From Ptychomitrium polyphyllum (taxonomy: Eukaryota), in NCBI GenBank assembly GCA_973851085.1, contig OZ316776.1:10354001-10418000 (forward strand): a stretch of 64,000 bases of DNA. Direction: 5' to 3'. Position 1 is the first letter of the stretch. Every line of letters begins with the position of its first letter. The position numbers were made by a program, and so were the translations under genes. This document shows, in pieces, positions 28,084 to 41,473 of the stretch. The notes beneath the pieces were generated by a model. The model did not search any database. It was not told where the DNA came from and saw nothing but the letters and a program-made list of their open reading frames with translations.

Positions 28084-28872
28084 CTCACCTCCGCTTTAAT
28101 GGAGTCGATGCCCTCATCGACTATACTTGTAATCGGCACACCAATTCCAAGGTTGCCATCCTCTAGTGGTGCAGTATTGTGTTTCATCCAGGGTGCGACC
28201 CCGACAATGCACTCATAAGTCTTTGGCAAAGTCTCAAAGGTGTCGTTTAGGAGGTGGTCTGTCTAGGCACCCTAGACAAAAAAATTTCGAGCTCTAAACC
28301 ACTCTAGACCTATCTACTTTGAGACCTTCTCGGGATATACTCCCTAGTTAGGCTACACTGCCTTAACTCTTCCTTTCTGACTAAGCTCGACCTCAATGCT
28401 TCATTAAATTGTCTTGGTTATAATTCCAAGGTGGCTTTTATTACACGACTCGATTACACAGGGGTAATGCCAAGTTCCGCCCAACCTGGATCCCACTATC
28501 TCTATTGAGACATGGATTCATGACTCCCATGCACTAACTTTTGTTAGTTTGTAGGAATGGCGCTTTTATGAGCACGCGCCATTACCTTGACCTTGATCGG
28601 ACAAACCCAAGGCCAGGAGGTTTCATGGTTTAAACCATTCCTCCTCCAAGCCTTGGTCCCCATTACTCGCCCTCCCCAGCTTGGTTTCACATGTCTATTC
28701 CCCCTCTTCTACCAACTTAGCACAAGCACAAGACTAGGACGTCATCTTATACTCTTCTCTTTGCTCACACAAAAGTTGACCTTATTGCCATAAGTCAAAG
28801 AACCAATACATGATGTGAAGAAGTTACTGCTACAAGCCTCTCTTCTCCTACTAAAAGAAATTGATGTCCTCA

Positions 28873-31800
28873 TCAATGCCAACATTGTCTTTTGTTGGAG
28901 TTCCTCTCCCTTTCAAAGCGTTCCACCACTTCATTGGCATTTCCCAAGTCCTTGGCCGCTATCCAAGTTGCTTCCTTTTCATAATACCCTCTCCACTTCA
29001 CCAAATACTCTTTTTCTATTTTCTTGTGGTGCCTACACTTGAAAATTCTTTCTACTTTGTATTCCAAGTGGTCGCCTACCAATTCCGGCGGTGGCCGAAT
29101 CACTTGCTTGCAATTGGGCCACAAGGTATCTTTTTTGAATGACTTAAGAAGAGAAACATGAAATGTTGGGTGCACTTTGATTTTGGGTGGTAGCTCCGAC
29201 TTGTACACATCTTTAAACATCCGCTCTACAATGGAAAACGGCCCCGCAAACTTAGACATGAACTTTGGAGTGAGGCCTTTGAGCAAGCTAAAGTTCTTCA
29301 CATTCAACAATACCTTTTGGCCTACTTCATACTCCACTTCACGTCTTCCGGCATTGACTTGTTTCTCGTACCGCTTTTGTATCTTTTCCAACAAAAGCTT
29401 GGTCTTCTCCAACATTTGTTCTCGCTTTTTGGCCAAGTCTTCACCATCTTGATTAAACTCTAGTGTTGAATGTGCTCCTTCAAGAGCTAAGTCGGCAGGC
29501 TGGAGTGGCTCCACTCCATAAGCCACCTTAAATGGCAACTGCTTTATTGCCGAATGGTTGGCCGCATTGTAATTGAACTCCGCAAGGCTCACATAATCCA
29601 CCCAATTGCACTAGTCTGCACTCACAAAGTTCCTCAAGTATTGGTTCAAGAATCCATTCACTTGGTCCGTTTGCCCATCCGTTTGAGGATGGAAGGCAGT
29701 GCTAAACGTCAATTTGGTTCCAACTTTCTTGAAGAAATGTTTCCAAAATGCACTAGTGAATTTTGGATCTCGATCCAACACAATCACTCTCGGCAACTCA
29801 TGGTGTTTCCACCATGCATCGAGGAATAGCTTTGTGGTCTCATGTGTAGTTACGGTTCCTCTAGTTGGCACCATGTGCGCCAACTTGCTAAAGCGATCCA
29901 CCATCACAAAGATGGCATCACGTCCTTGCGATTTCAGAAGACTTGTGATGAAGTCCGTGGACACACTATGCCATGGACCCGGCAGAATTGGCAAAGGTTG
30001 TAGTAGACCGGCTTGCTTTTGGTAAGAGGTTCTATTGAGTTGGCACTTCACACATGTTTTCACAAAGTCGGTGATGTCCGCTTTCATGCCCGGCCAATAG
30101 TACCTTCTTGACACCGCCGCTATGGTGGTTTTTTCCCCTCTATGGCCAGCTATGGGACTATCATGTTCTTCTTTCAAAACCAACAACCTTAGTTTTCCTT
30201 GAGGCACATACATCCGACTTTGTTTGTACTTGAGCAATCCCTTCTCCAATTTAATTTCCTTAAGTTTCTTACCCTTCTTAAGCTCACCGAGAAGCCTTTG
30301 TGCTTTGGAGTCCTTCATGTACCCCTCTCTTATCTTCCTTTTCAAATTGCCTTCTCCCTTGTACATTACTTGCAGGACTTGGGTTGTGTCCATCGCTTGC
30401 AACTCCTCCCGCCTACTTAGAGCATCCGGCACTACATTGTCACGCCCTGGCTTATGGATCAAATCCACATTCATGAATGCCAAGGTCTTGTGCCACCTCA
30501 ATTGCTTTGCACTCATTTGTGCCTGCGACTCAAAGTACTTCAAGGACACGTTGTCCGTGTAGACTTTGGTTTTATGTAGGCCCAAGTAATGCCGCCATGT
30601 TTTCAAACAATGCACTACGGCAAAGAGTTCTTTCTCGTGCGTGGGCCACCTCCTCTGGCACCCATCCAACTTCTTGCTCTCATAGGCAATTGGCATGCCT
30701 TCTTGCATGAGCACTCCGCCAATGGCAAAGTCACTTGCATCCGTGTGGACCTCAAAGGGCTTTTCAAACTTGGGAAACTTCAATACCGGCGGTTGTGACA
30801 GCTTATCCTTGAGTTCTTGAAATGCTTCGTGACAAAATCCATCCCATACTTGGCTAGCTCCCTTTTTCAACAAATTGAACAAAGGTCTAGCAATTTTGGA
30901 GAAGTTGCGTATGAACCTCCTATAATAATTTGCTAGGCCGAGAAATGATCTCAGCCCCTTTTGTGTAGAAGGTTGTTTCCACTCTCTAATTGCCTTTATC
31001 TTCCTTGTGTCCGGCTTGATTCCATCATCCGACACTGTATGGCCCAAGAACTCAATTTCAAATTGAGCAAACTCACTCTTTTCTCCGTTGGCATAAAGTT
31101 TGTGGTCCCTAAGTTTTTGAAGCACCACTTCAAGGTACCTTGCATGATCTTCCGCCGACTTGGAGTACACCAAGATGTCATCAATATAAACAATGACAAA
31201 GTCATCCATCTCTTCTCGAAAGATGGTATTCATGAGGGTCGTGAACGTTGAAGGAGCATTACACAACCCGAATGGCATCACCAAAAATTCATAGGATCCA
31301 TACCTAGTGCAGAATGCGGTCTTTGGTACATCTTCATCCGCAATGCGGATTTGATAGTAGCCCGACTTCAAGTCTATCCGACTAAAGTATTTAGCTCCCG
31401 CCAATCTATCAAAGAGGTCATCAATGCGAGGCAAAGGATAGTTGTTCTTGATGGTGACTTTATTCAAGGCTCTATAGTCGACACACATGCGGAGCTTGCC
31501 ATCCTTTTTATCTACAAAGAGGACCGGTGCTCCATATGGTGACTTACTTGGCCTAACATAGCCTCTTTCCAACAAGTCATTCAATTGCTTCTTCAATTCT
31601 TCTAGCTCTTTTTGGTCAACCGGTATGGAGCCTTTGAAGGAGGCTCCATTCCCGGTATCACTTCAATTTTGTGATCCACTTCTTTTCTTGGCAATAACTC
31701 TGCAGGCAGCTCATTGGTGAGTACATGCTTGTAACCACTTAGTACATTTTGAATGCACTTGGGAATAGTCCTAACTTCCTTAGCACTTGGCCTATTCCCC

Positions 31801-33500
31801 TCTTCTTGCTCCATTTGCATCACAACCACAAATTGATTATTCTCTAATTGTTCTAAGGAGACTAAGTTCAACTTTCCTCCCGCAACCATAGGAGTCTTAG
31901 TCAACTTCGATATTGTCTCCTTCCCACCACGGCGTACTACTAACCGTGCTGGCTTTCGCTTCACATCCACCACATGAGTTTTGAAAAAGGTATCACCTAA
32001 AATGAGGTCTACCTCATCCATCTCACATAGTGTAAAACTTTCCTTCAACTCCAATGTTCCGCTGCTTAAGGCCACATCCAACACCACCTTCTTTGTCTTG
32101 TACAGTTTGCCTTTTGCAAATTGCACGTTGATGGGCTTGCTAGCTTTTTGAGCCGACAAGCCCAACTCCCTTGCTAGCTTGGGACTCATGAAGGAGTGCG
32201 TTGCCCCTGTATCAATCAAACATGAAACATTTTTGCCATTTATTTGGGCCTCAAGGTATAAGAGACTCGACCTTGGCTTAAGGCTACTAGCCTTGGCCAC
32301 AAATCCACCTTCTAAAATGTGATCCACAACACAAGTGTGACAAGCTTTGGTACTCACCTTTTTATCGGGGCACTCCGCAATGAAGTGACCAAACTTGCCA
32401 CACCCGTGGCAACGCTTGTGCTTCACCTCATCACTCTTATCTCCCGATTTGAATGGTTTTCTCATGATGGTCCACTTTGTTGTAGGCCCTTCCATCTACT
32501 TGTCCCTTGTGTTTGTTTCCAAAGCCAAATTTCTTGCGTTCTCCGCCGCGAGATACATTTCGGCTCAATCCACTTTGGTAAGAGGTACTACTTGATTTTC
32601 TTTCGGATCCTTTTGGCTTCAATTCTTTTTGCAATCTTAATGGTTTTCCGCCACATCCTCCGGAAGCTTTGGGAATTTGAACAAGGCGTCCACCACCCAC
32701 TTTTGAAGCCCACCCAAAAAGATGCATTTCTTTGAAAACTCATCCATTTTGAATGTGGCATTCATTTGGGCGTTGAAATCTTGCACATAAGTCTTGAAAG
32801 ACCTAGTGTGCCTCATTTGCACCAAGTTCATGCCCTCCCTCAACTCTTGGTATTCCGGAGTGTAGCATTCACTCAAGATCTCTTTAAAATTGACCCAAGA
32901 CAAAGTTGCCACCAACTCTGGCTCTTGCTCCTTTTTACTTGTCCACCATTGAAGAGCACGATCTTTCAAAAAGGTCACCGCAATTGAAACTTTGTCCACC
33001 TCCTCCGGCTTTTGAACATCATAATAGTTGTCCATTTCCAAAAGAAACTCCTTCACCTTCCTCGCTTTACCTAGCCCAGAAAAAGTGCTTGGCATGTTCA
33101 CCTTGGCCAACTTCTTGGTCGAAGGTGAGGACCTGGAACCTTGTGCCATCAAGTGCTCAATCAACCTCTCTTGACGGGTCCTTTCTTCTTTGCCACGCTT
33201 GAGTTTTTGGTTCACACCGTCCATAAACTCAAGCATTTTCATGCGAAAACTTAAGTCAGGGTCCTGACTTTATAGGCCCTCAGGTGGCTCAAGAATCCTA
33301 GCTCCCGAGTACTGTCCACCCTCCAACGCTTTGTCTTGTTGAGTTTCCTCAACTTCCTCGGTGACTCCAATGTCATTTCCTTGCTCATTGGAATCAAAGG
33401 ATGGAGCCTCATTAATCGAATCGGGGTCTTTATTCACCCTCTTGCGTGGTTGCTTAGAGGCCCCGGGCTCACTGCCATCACCGGCATTCTTGTTATCCAT
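28873..33500 (-). pseudogene. Gag-Pol polyprotein of the tRNA-iMet chromovirus, broken into six main ORFs
   Basis: Gag (AVTFLKDRALQWW), CCHC knuckle CHGCGKFGHFIAEC, protease LIDTGATHSF, RT ([25 protein letters not shown]), RNase H ([12 protein letters not shown]), integrase ([25 protein letters not shown]), GPY/F-like motif, chromodomain (YKVERI..YLVKWRGY..ATW). Confidence 0.92.
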
Positions 33501-33538
33501 GGCCTCCTCGCACCGTAGTACTTGGATAATTAAAGTCT

Positions 33539-33550
33539 GCTATGATACCA
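33539..33550 (-). promoter_or_regulatory. Primer-binding site complementary to the tRNA-iMet 3' end
   Basis: TGGTATCATAGC, one mismatch to the canonical TGGTATCAGAGC, located 2 nt after the 5' LTR. Confidence 0.85.
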
Positions 33551-33552
33551 AA

Positions 33553-34698
33553 TGTCGCAACCCTTGTAATGCACCTTAGCAAGCGTCACGCGCGTCAACC
33601 CTGTACACTCCCACAATGCACATGGTTAACCCCCATTCTCACTTTCCAAGTCTTTCTACCAGTTCTCTTGGGACACCCAATTTATTAGTAGCCAATGGCT
33701 AGGTGCAGACTTCCATTCATGTCCAAGGCCTCACTTGGTGTTACTCCCATTCCACATGGCCTAACTGCACTTAGTGGTGTCTTCTCACCACCACTCATAA
33801 TCCCCATGCGATCTTAAGATCACCCCGGGCCATCATGATGTTGGCGTGAAGATACTACCTCAACTTAGTGGTAACAAGCGTACCCTTTTGAACGTGCTAG
33901 TTCCCTCCGTGAAATCGGCCATCCACCGGCTCACAATGGTGTGGGAGTCCCCGTGGTGAAGCCCCAACACTAGCTCCACCAACCGGGACTCACCCTTGGT
34001 CTCTACCGGGACATTAAGGGAGTGGGGAGGGAGACCAGCCTTCCCTTATAGTACTTTCTGTGGGATTTGGCAGGCCCCTTGGCCCTTTGTAGCTGGCTGA
34101 ACCCCAACACACCTAGAGTTTTGGAAGACCACCTGATCTCCCTTGGGACTTAGCTGTTGGAAGCCTCCAAGACTTCCAGCGGACCTTCAGAGCGCCATAT
34201 CTTCTTCAATCGGTGCCCAAATGTATCAAGCGACCACTTTATCGTCATTTACTCTTTGCGTAGATGCTAATAGACTCCTCAAACGTCCAATTTGAGTGAG
34301 TATTGTGGAAGATACGCCTCTCCTAAGATTCGGGGCTCCCGGGGAGTCCCTCCCTGGACTGTCTCACTCTAGTACAGTCACTGTGTGGGGCTGCCACAGT
34401 CCAGAATAGCCCCTTGGCAACCCCAACTTTGGAATGCCATAACTTTTAGCTCCATTGTCTGATTTGAGCAATCTTTAGCATTCTAGAATCAACTCTCTGT
34501 GATTCCTCCAACACCCATGATTTATCCCTCGCGGCCCTCGGTCTACATGGGCAAGGATGTTTCTCCTCCTAGGGGTCCTTCCCACGCTAGGCCCACTTGG
34601 TTCCCCTCACTATCGGCGCTACAAGTCTCGGACGTCACTCTAGGGTCCCCTTTGTGCCCTTAGTGTTGCGGGCACTCCTCAAGGAGAGATGCGCGACA
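33553..34698 (-). repeat. 5' LTR of the tRNA-iMet chromovirus (~1146 bp)
   Basis: TGTCGC..GCGACA ends; adjacent to the PBS. Confidence 0.88.
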
Positions 34699-35462
34699 GT
34701 TTAAGACTCCGTTCTCTTGTTCCATTTGTCCATCCATTTGAGGATAGAAGGCAATGCTAAACGTTAATTTGGTTCCAACTTACTAAAGAAATGTTTCCAA
34801 AAAGCACTAGTGAATTTTGGATCTCGGTCCAACACAATCACTCTCCGCAACCCGTGATGTTTCCACCATGCATCAAGGAAGAGCTTTGCGGTCTCATGTG
34901 CAGTTACAATTCCTCTAGTTGGCACCATGTGCGCCAACTTGCTGAAGTGATTCACCATCACAAAGATGGCATCATGCCCTTGCGGCTCTGGAGGACTTGT
35001 GATGAAGTCCATGGACACGCTATGTCATGGACCCGGCGGGATTGGCAAAGGTTGTAGTAGACCAGCTTGCTTTTTATAAGAGACTCTATTAAGTTGGCAC
35101 TTCACACAAGTTTTCACAAAGTCAGTGATTTCCGCTTTCATGCTCAGCCAATAGTGCGTTTTTGACACTGCCGCTACAGTGGTTTTTTCCCCTCTATGGC
35201 CGGCTATCATGTTTTTCTTTCAAAACCAACAATCGTAGTTTTCCTCAAGGCAAATACACCCAACTTTGTTTGTACTTGAGCAATCCCTTCTCCAACTAAA
35301 TTTCCTTAAGTTTCTTATCCTTCTTAAGCTCACCAACAAGCCTTTCTGTTTTGGAGTTCTTCATGTACCCCTCTCTTATCTTCCTTTCCAAATTGCCTTC
35401 TTCTTTGTACATTACTTGCAGGACTTGGGCTAGGTCCATCGCTTGCAACTCCTCCCGCCTAC
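34699..35462 (-). pseudogene. Second, degenerate integrase/RNase H-linker fragment of the same tRNA-iMet family (older copy)
   Basis: Colinear with ~29644-30416 (REELQAM.., [18 protein letters not shown].., [16 protein letters not shown]). Bounded exactly by LTR ends on both sides. Confidence 0.88.
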
Positions 35463-36077
35463 TGTTGGGAATACAAGAAACAAGAAGCAGAAACGAAGTA
35501 TTTCCCAAGAATTAGCTTCCAAAGAGCTAATGATTAACAAGAACTTGATACAAAGACTAGAATAAGGTAGGATTCAAAATGATCCACAACTTGTGTTGGC
35601 AAGACTAAGGAATACCTTGTCTTGCCTCCTATTTATACTATGATGTTTGTATCTCCTAGGATACTTCTAAAGAAGCTTCCTATAAGGTTTAAGAATGTTT
35701 TGGAAGTCTAGGGAACCTTTCTAAGAAGTTTCCTAAGATGTTGGAACCTTTCTAAGAGGCTTCCAAGGAGTTGGAACCTTCCTCGGAAGTTTCTTAAGGT
35801 AGTAGAACCTTCTTAGGAAGTTTCCTAAAGAGATAGAACCTTCCTAGGAAGTTTTCTAAGGTGATAAATTTTTTGTAGGAAGTTTTATAGGAAATTACCT
35901 AAGATGATAGAACCTTCTTAGGAAATTTCCTCATGTAGAGGAACTTTTGTAAGAAGCTTCCTACAAACATGGAAAGACTATGGAGACATCTAAAAGTATT
36001 CTAAGAAGCTATTATAGTATACTAAAAGGTTCTAGAATGTTCTAAGGACTATATTTGTATGATCTATGTCCGTAACA
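35463..36077 (-). repeat. 3' LTR of the Tcn1-like element (~615 bp) with internal ~31-bp tandem repeats
   Basis: TGTT..AACA ends; gaaccttcctaggaagtttcctaag-type units start at 35713, 35744, 35774, 35805 and 35836. Confidence 0.88.
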
Positions 36078-36132
36078 TCACCTCCTCATTTAGCGACAAG
36101 TCCCATGAGGAGCTCTTTCCTTGGCTTGCTTG

Positions 36133-36591
36133 TTACATTTCTACAAATTCCAAAATTTGTCGAAGGAATGAAGCAACATATTCTGCTCGTTGTTCTTTGT
36201 CCACTGGTTCAACTCGTCCTTGCAAAAAGCGCCAATGACCACCATCCAAGACTTCTATTGTTGAAATGTCCCATTCCAAGATCTGACCTTGATTAAGTCC
36301 TTCAAAACATCCTCCAAACAAGATCTCGGGTCCTCCAAGAGTGACTCTTCCAATTTTTAACAAGATGACTAGAGCGCAAGCATCTGAATGAAGACTAGAA
36401 TGTAACGGACGACTAGCCAATATTTCTACACGAGGTTGTACTTGACGTTGGAATGTCCCTCTCATATCTTGACTTAGATCCTCTGTTACCGAGGGCTGAG
36501 AAAGTTGAGTTGGCTCAACAGATGTTGTTATTGATGAAGGCATGGCCGACTGCTCTTTACGCATATCCATAATAACATAAAGATTTGACAT
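36133..36591 (-). CDS. Unassigned 152-aa ORF between integrase and the 3' LTR of the Tcn1-like element
   Basis: ATG-initiated, uninterrupted and on the same strand as pol; no recognised motif. Confidence 0.35.
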   Translation of the reverse strand: MSNLYVIMDMRKEQSAMPSSITTSVEPTQLSQPSVTEDLSQDMRGTFQRQVQPRVEILASRPLHSSLHSDACALVILLKIGRVTLGGPEILFGGCFEGLNQGQILEWDISTIEVLDGGHWRFLQGRVEPVDKEQRAEYVASFLRQILEFVEM

Positions 36592-36746
36592 ACTAGCTAA
36601 GATCTAGAAATCATCTATTTTAGAAATAATGTTGCATATAATTGGAGGTTTGGATATTTCTCCTCCCTTCTTATACTTGTATATGAAGGAAAAACTTCTT
36701 TGTGAAGCTAACAGCTATTGATGATACATCATCAGTGACCTGGTTT

Positions 36747-39700
36747 CTAAGAATATCTTTGATGAAATTTGCATACCTTCTTGGATGCATTTGTTACATT
36801 CGTTGAAGGTTCCCATGTTTGGTCAATGATGCCATATCCTTGCCAATGTATAAGGTACTCCACACGTCCGTTCTTGATGCATGAATCTAAGATCTCTTCC
36901 ACTTCATATTCAATTTCATTATTGATTTCTAGCGGAGGAGGCGGAGGAACAATTCTCTCTCCTATACATGATTTGTTATAGGTTTCCAACAATGATATGT
37001 GGAATACTGGATGAATTTGCATGCTTGGTGGTAGCTTTAGGCGATAACTAACCGGATTTATCTGTTTGCTGATTTCAAACGGTCCCAGCCTTTGATAGTC
37101 CAACTTCTTTGATGGTCTTTCTGTCTGTATATTTCGTCGTAGGAGCCATACGCTATCTCCACCCTTGAACTTTGGATGGTCCTTGCGATGGCAATTTGCA
37201 TAAGTTTTGTAACGATCTTGAGCTTATTATAACTGGAAGGTAATTTCTTGATGGATTTTAGCAAGTTGAATTGCAAAATCCTCTGCTGCAGGACTTCCAA
37301 CATGCTTCACTTGAAATGGATCTGCTCGAGGATGATGGCCATAGTTTGCAAAGAATGGACTTTGAGTTGTTGAAAAATGCAGCGTATTGTTGTAAGCAAA
37401 TTATGCCAAAGGCAAGAGGTCCATTCAGTTGTCTTGCTGGTAGTTTATGCTACAACGAAGGTACTGTTCCAAAATTTGATTCACACGTTCGGTTTGGCCA
37501 TCAATTTGCGGATGGTGTGCTGAAGAAAGATTGATCTTTACACGTAATAGTTGTAATAGAGCCCTCCAAAAGTTGGAAATGAACTGCGGCCCCCAATCGG
37601 ATACAATATCATCTAGTAATCCATGTATGCGGTAGACGTGATTTAGGAACAACTTGGCAGTTTCTTCTCCCGTTACCGTCTTATTGCACGGAATGAAATG
37701 TGCCATTTTGGTAAATTGATCCACCACTACCAAAATAGAATCCTTAGAATCGGAGTTTGGAAGGCCCGTGATAAAATCCATTGATAAAGACAACCATGGG
37801 CCCTTTGGCACTAGAAGCGGATGGAGGAGACCATGAGGTTGGTGCCTTGGTACCTTGGCTCTTGCACAAGTGTCGTATGATTGAACAAAGTCCATCACGT
37901 ACTTCCACATTTGTGGCCACCAATAGTCTCTAGCAATCAACTCCATCGTTTTATTGAATCCAAAATGTCCTGCTACTAGAAAATCATGACGTGCTTGAAG
38001 GATCTTCAATTGCAAAGGGCCTGGAGGTAGGTACAAAAGTCCTTTATAATAAAGTAGGCCCTCTTGGAACTCAAAATCCTCATCGTTATTTTGAAGGATT
38101 TCCATTGTTTTTGAGGCGCTTCTCTATATTTGAAACAAAGATATCATTCTTTAAAGCCTTTTGAATTTTGTCAAGATGGGATGTTGTCGTAATAATTGTT
38201 GCTTTCGATTGAAGATTCTCAGGCTTCAATAAAATAGTCCTTTGTTGATTCAAAACATCATCTCCAGGTTGAGGAGCTAAATAAGATCTTTGAGATAAGG
38301 CATCTGATTTACTTTGTAAGCTACCAGGTCGATAGGTAATGACAAAGTCAAATCTGGAAAGCGACATACTCCACCTTGCTTGACGGCAATTCAAAACGCG
38401 CGCACTCATGAAATACTCCAAGTTCTTGTGGTCTGTGTATATCATGATTGTATGTTGAGTTCCTTCCAATAAGTGTCGACATTTCTCAAACGCATCCACA
38501 ATCGCAAGTAGTTCTTTATCATGTATATCATAGTTGATCTCTGCCGCTGAGAACTTCCTTGAACAAAAGGCAAGAGGGTGAAGTCTCATGTCTTCATCAT
38601 ATTGAGAGAGTACTGAGCCAAGTGCAAAATCTGAGGCATACGCTTCCAAATAAAAAGGCTTTGACGGATTTGGATGAATGAGGATTGGAGCCGACGTGAA
38701 TGACTTCTTAAGACTTTGAAATGTTTTTTCCGCCTCTTCATTCCAAATGAATTTTTGCTTCCCCGTAAGACGTGTTAATGGTGCCGCAATCTTGGAATAA
38801 TCCTTGATGAATATCCTGTAGAAGTTTGCAAATTCCAAGAAGCATTGAACATCTCGAATTGATCTTGGCGTACTCCAGTCCATAACAGTGCTTATTTTTT
38901 TCTTATCCATATGGATTCCTCCTTTGGAAATGATGTAGCCTAAAAATTCAATCGAGGAATCATGGAAAAGGCACTTCTTTAATTTGGCATATAATCCTCG
39001 CTGGCGTAGTTTTTCTAAGACTAGTCACATATGACATTTGTGGTCTTGTTCATCCTTTGAATATATCAAAATGTCATCTAAATAGATGATTACAAAATCG
39101 TCCAAATGTTCATGGAAGATATCATTCATCATATGTTGGAAGACTGCGGGGGCATTAGTAAGGCCAAAAGGCATGACATTGTATTCAAAATGACCATATC
39201 TAGATCAAAAAGCTGCCTTCTATTTCTCTCCTTCTTTGATGCATACAAGATTGTAGGCTCCTCTAAGGTCAATTTTGGTGAATATCTTTGCTTGGCCAAG
39301 TTGTTGTAGGAATCTTGAGATTAATGGTAATGGATAGCGATTCTTTTTTGTTATTTTATTGAGGCCTCGATAGTCCACGCACATACGTAATGATCCATCT
39401 TTTTTCTTTATAAATAGAATGGGAGCTCCAGCCGGTGATTTAGAGTGTTGGATGAAACCCTTTCCGAGGTTTTCATCAATATATTCTCTCAAGGCAGTGA
39501 GCTCGGTTTGTGATAAGTTATAAATAGGTCCAAAAGGTGGTTGGGCTCCTTCTTGCAACTCAATGGTACAATCGTAAGGCTAGTGGTTTGGTAACATGTC
39601 CGCATTCTTCTTTTCAAAAACGTCTTTATAATCTTGATATTGACGAGGTATGTTTTGATTAATCTCTATTGTAGAGCTAGACATTGGCGTGGCATAAATG

Positions 39701-41237
39701 GCATAGATTAGTTTGTCCTTTGCCGCTCTTATGAATGCCTTAGCTCCAATAAATGATGGTCCAAGATTTCTTGTACCTTGACGTCAATTTCTTCAAAACA
39801 CACTCCGTGAGCGCCAATCGATGTCTAGATTATGTAATACAAACCAAAGATGGCCCAAGACAATAGGATTTGTTTGGCATTGAATGATGTTGAAGACAAT
39901 CCTACATGCTTGGTCTCCTAAAACAACCTCCAAGGGTTGAGTTTCTTCAATAACATTGCCAGACGCAAGAGATTGTCCATCAATAACTTCAACAGGTGCG
40001 GTGTATTTTTTGTTCACAAGCACCTTATGATGTTTGATTGCAAAATCTTTGTCTATAAAACATGCCGTTGTACTAGTGTCTAATAGAGCCTCACTAGTTA
40101 TTTCATCATTTAATAGTTTAATTTTGATAGGAAATGTAAACCAAGAGGTAGGGCTTGAAGGTAGTAAGAAACCTTGATTTGATGGTTGTTTCTTTGTGGT
40201 GTCCAATTGCATTGTCTCTACTGTGACTAGACAGCCTCGTTTTCCAACTCCACCATTGTGCTTTGGACCTTAAAGGCAGATCCTTTGATTTTGCAATCGT
40301 GCACTTTATGTCCAAACTTGCCACAATACAAACATAGGTTTTCTCTTCAACGCCTTTTTTTTTTTTCTGGAGTCAAATGTCTAAACTGGGCAGCATCAAT
40401 TTGTTTAGGTTCTGATGTTTATGGTCGGTTTTCCAATATTCTTGAAGAAGTGGTAGCCAAGCTTTGATGTACTGGTTGCCATTCCAAGCATTGTTCTTGG
40501 CGCCTCTCAAATAGTCTGTTGTCACATGCTATTGCTTGAGTGATGAATTTGTCCAATGTTTTAACTCTTGGCATTGTGAGTAGCAAGTCCTTCACATTCT
40601 CTCTTAAGCTCCATCGGAATTGTGGGACCAAGGCCTTATCATTCCAATCAAGGTCGCAAGGTAGTTGTCAAATCTCTGCAGCAAATGTAGTAATTGAACG
40701 TTGCCTTTGTTGTAGACTTTGGATTCTTGGTTCAGCCACCCTCTCTTGGTTGGTGTCTCCAAAAGTAGATGTTGATGCTTCTATAAAAGCATCTAAGTTA
40801 TTCAATAATGGTGACTGCTTCTCCATTAGTGGTGCAAACCACGATAGTGCATTGTGTGATAAAAGAGTGGCCACAAATCCCACTTAAGTTGTGCCATCAT
40901 GATAGCGAGATTGATGCAAACTAAGGAAGAGCCTTACTTGTTGAACAAAGCCTCTCAATTTTGATCTTGAACCATCAAACTTGTCTGGCATACTAATCTT
41001 TGGCTCTGCATGGGTTTGACGTAAGCCTTCCCTTCTAATATTGGCCTCTTCCAATCAAACAATCTCTTGATATAGGCTTTGAATATCACCACTAGATTCT
41101 TCAGCTTGCCGAGTGTGTTGCTCCAAGTTGTTGGTGGTATTAAAATGGGCGAGTTCCGTTCGAACTGTGTTCAATAATTCTTGAAGGCCTGTAATAGTTG
41201 CAAACCTATTCTTTGGTATTCTAGGCACGTTATCCAT
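36747..41237 (-). pseudogene. Disrupted gag-pol of the Tcn1-like chromovirus
   Basis: ORF fragments 41055-41237, 40668-40883, 40419-40631, 39793-40212, 39220-39558, 38086-38910, 37425-38105 and 36747-37103 carry the domains in order, separated by stops and frameshifts. Confidence 0.9.
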
Positions 41238-41459
41238 TTTTTAAGATTTGCAAAGACAAGAAAACTATGAATACCTTGAAAGGAGGAAAATCCACGTCTT
41301 TTGAAAGAAGTAATACTTAGTTCTAGAAGGAGAAACCAACTCTATGGTGCCAGTTTAGAGGAGGGTAATCCGCAACTTCTAAGACGTTATGGAATCCTAA
41401 AGAAGATGGGTAATCCACAATCTTCTTCAAAGAACCTTAGCTCTGACAAAGATAAAAAG

Positions 41460-41471
41460 TAGTCTTGCCAA
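41460..41471 (-). promoter_or_regulatory. Self-priming (non-tRNA) primer-binding site
   Basis: Minus-strand TTGGCAAGACTA lies 2 nt after the 5' LTR. It is complementary to TAGTCT(T/A)GCCAA, found ~30 nt downstream of the start of the LTR TATA box. Confidence 0.75.
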
Positions 41472-41473
41472 AC

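Larger units (their letters stand above)
26918..34698 (-). mobile_element. Ty3/gypsy chromovirus LTR retrotransposon (possibly Galadriel-like), structurally complete but with disrupted ORFs
   Basis: LTRs at 26918-28083 and 33553-34698 (TGTCGC..GCGACA ends). PBS TGGTATCATAGC at 33539-33550; purine-rich tract at ~28084-28095. Domain order gag-PR-RT-RH-IN-chromodomain. Confidence 0.93.

Noticed and set aside
29177..32735. Plus-strand ORFs within the retrotransposon
   Set aside because: They are antisense shadows of gag-pol.
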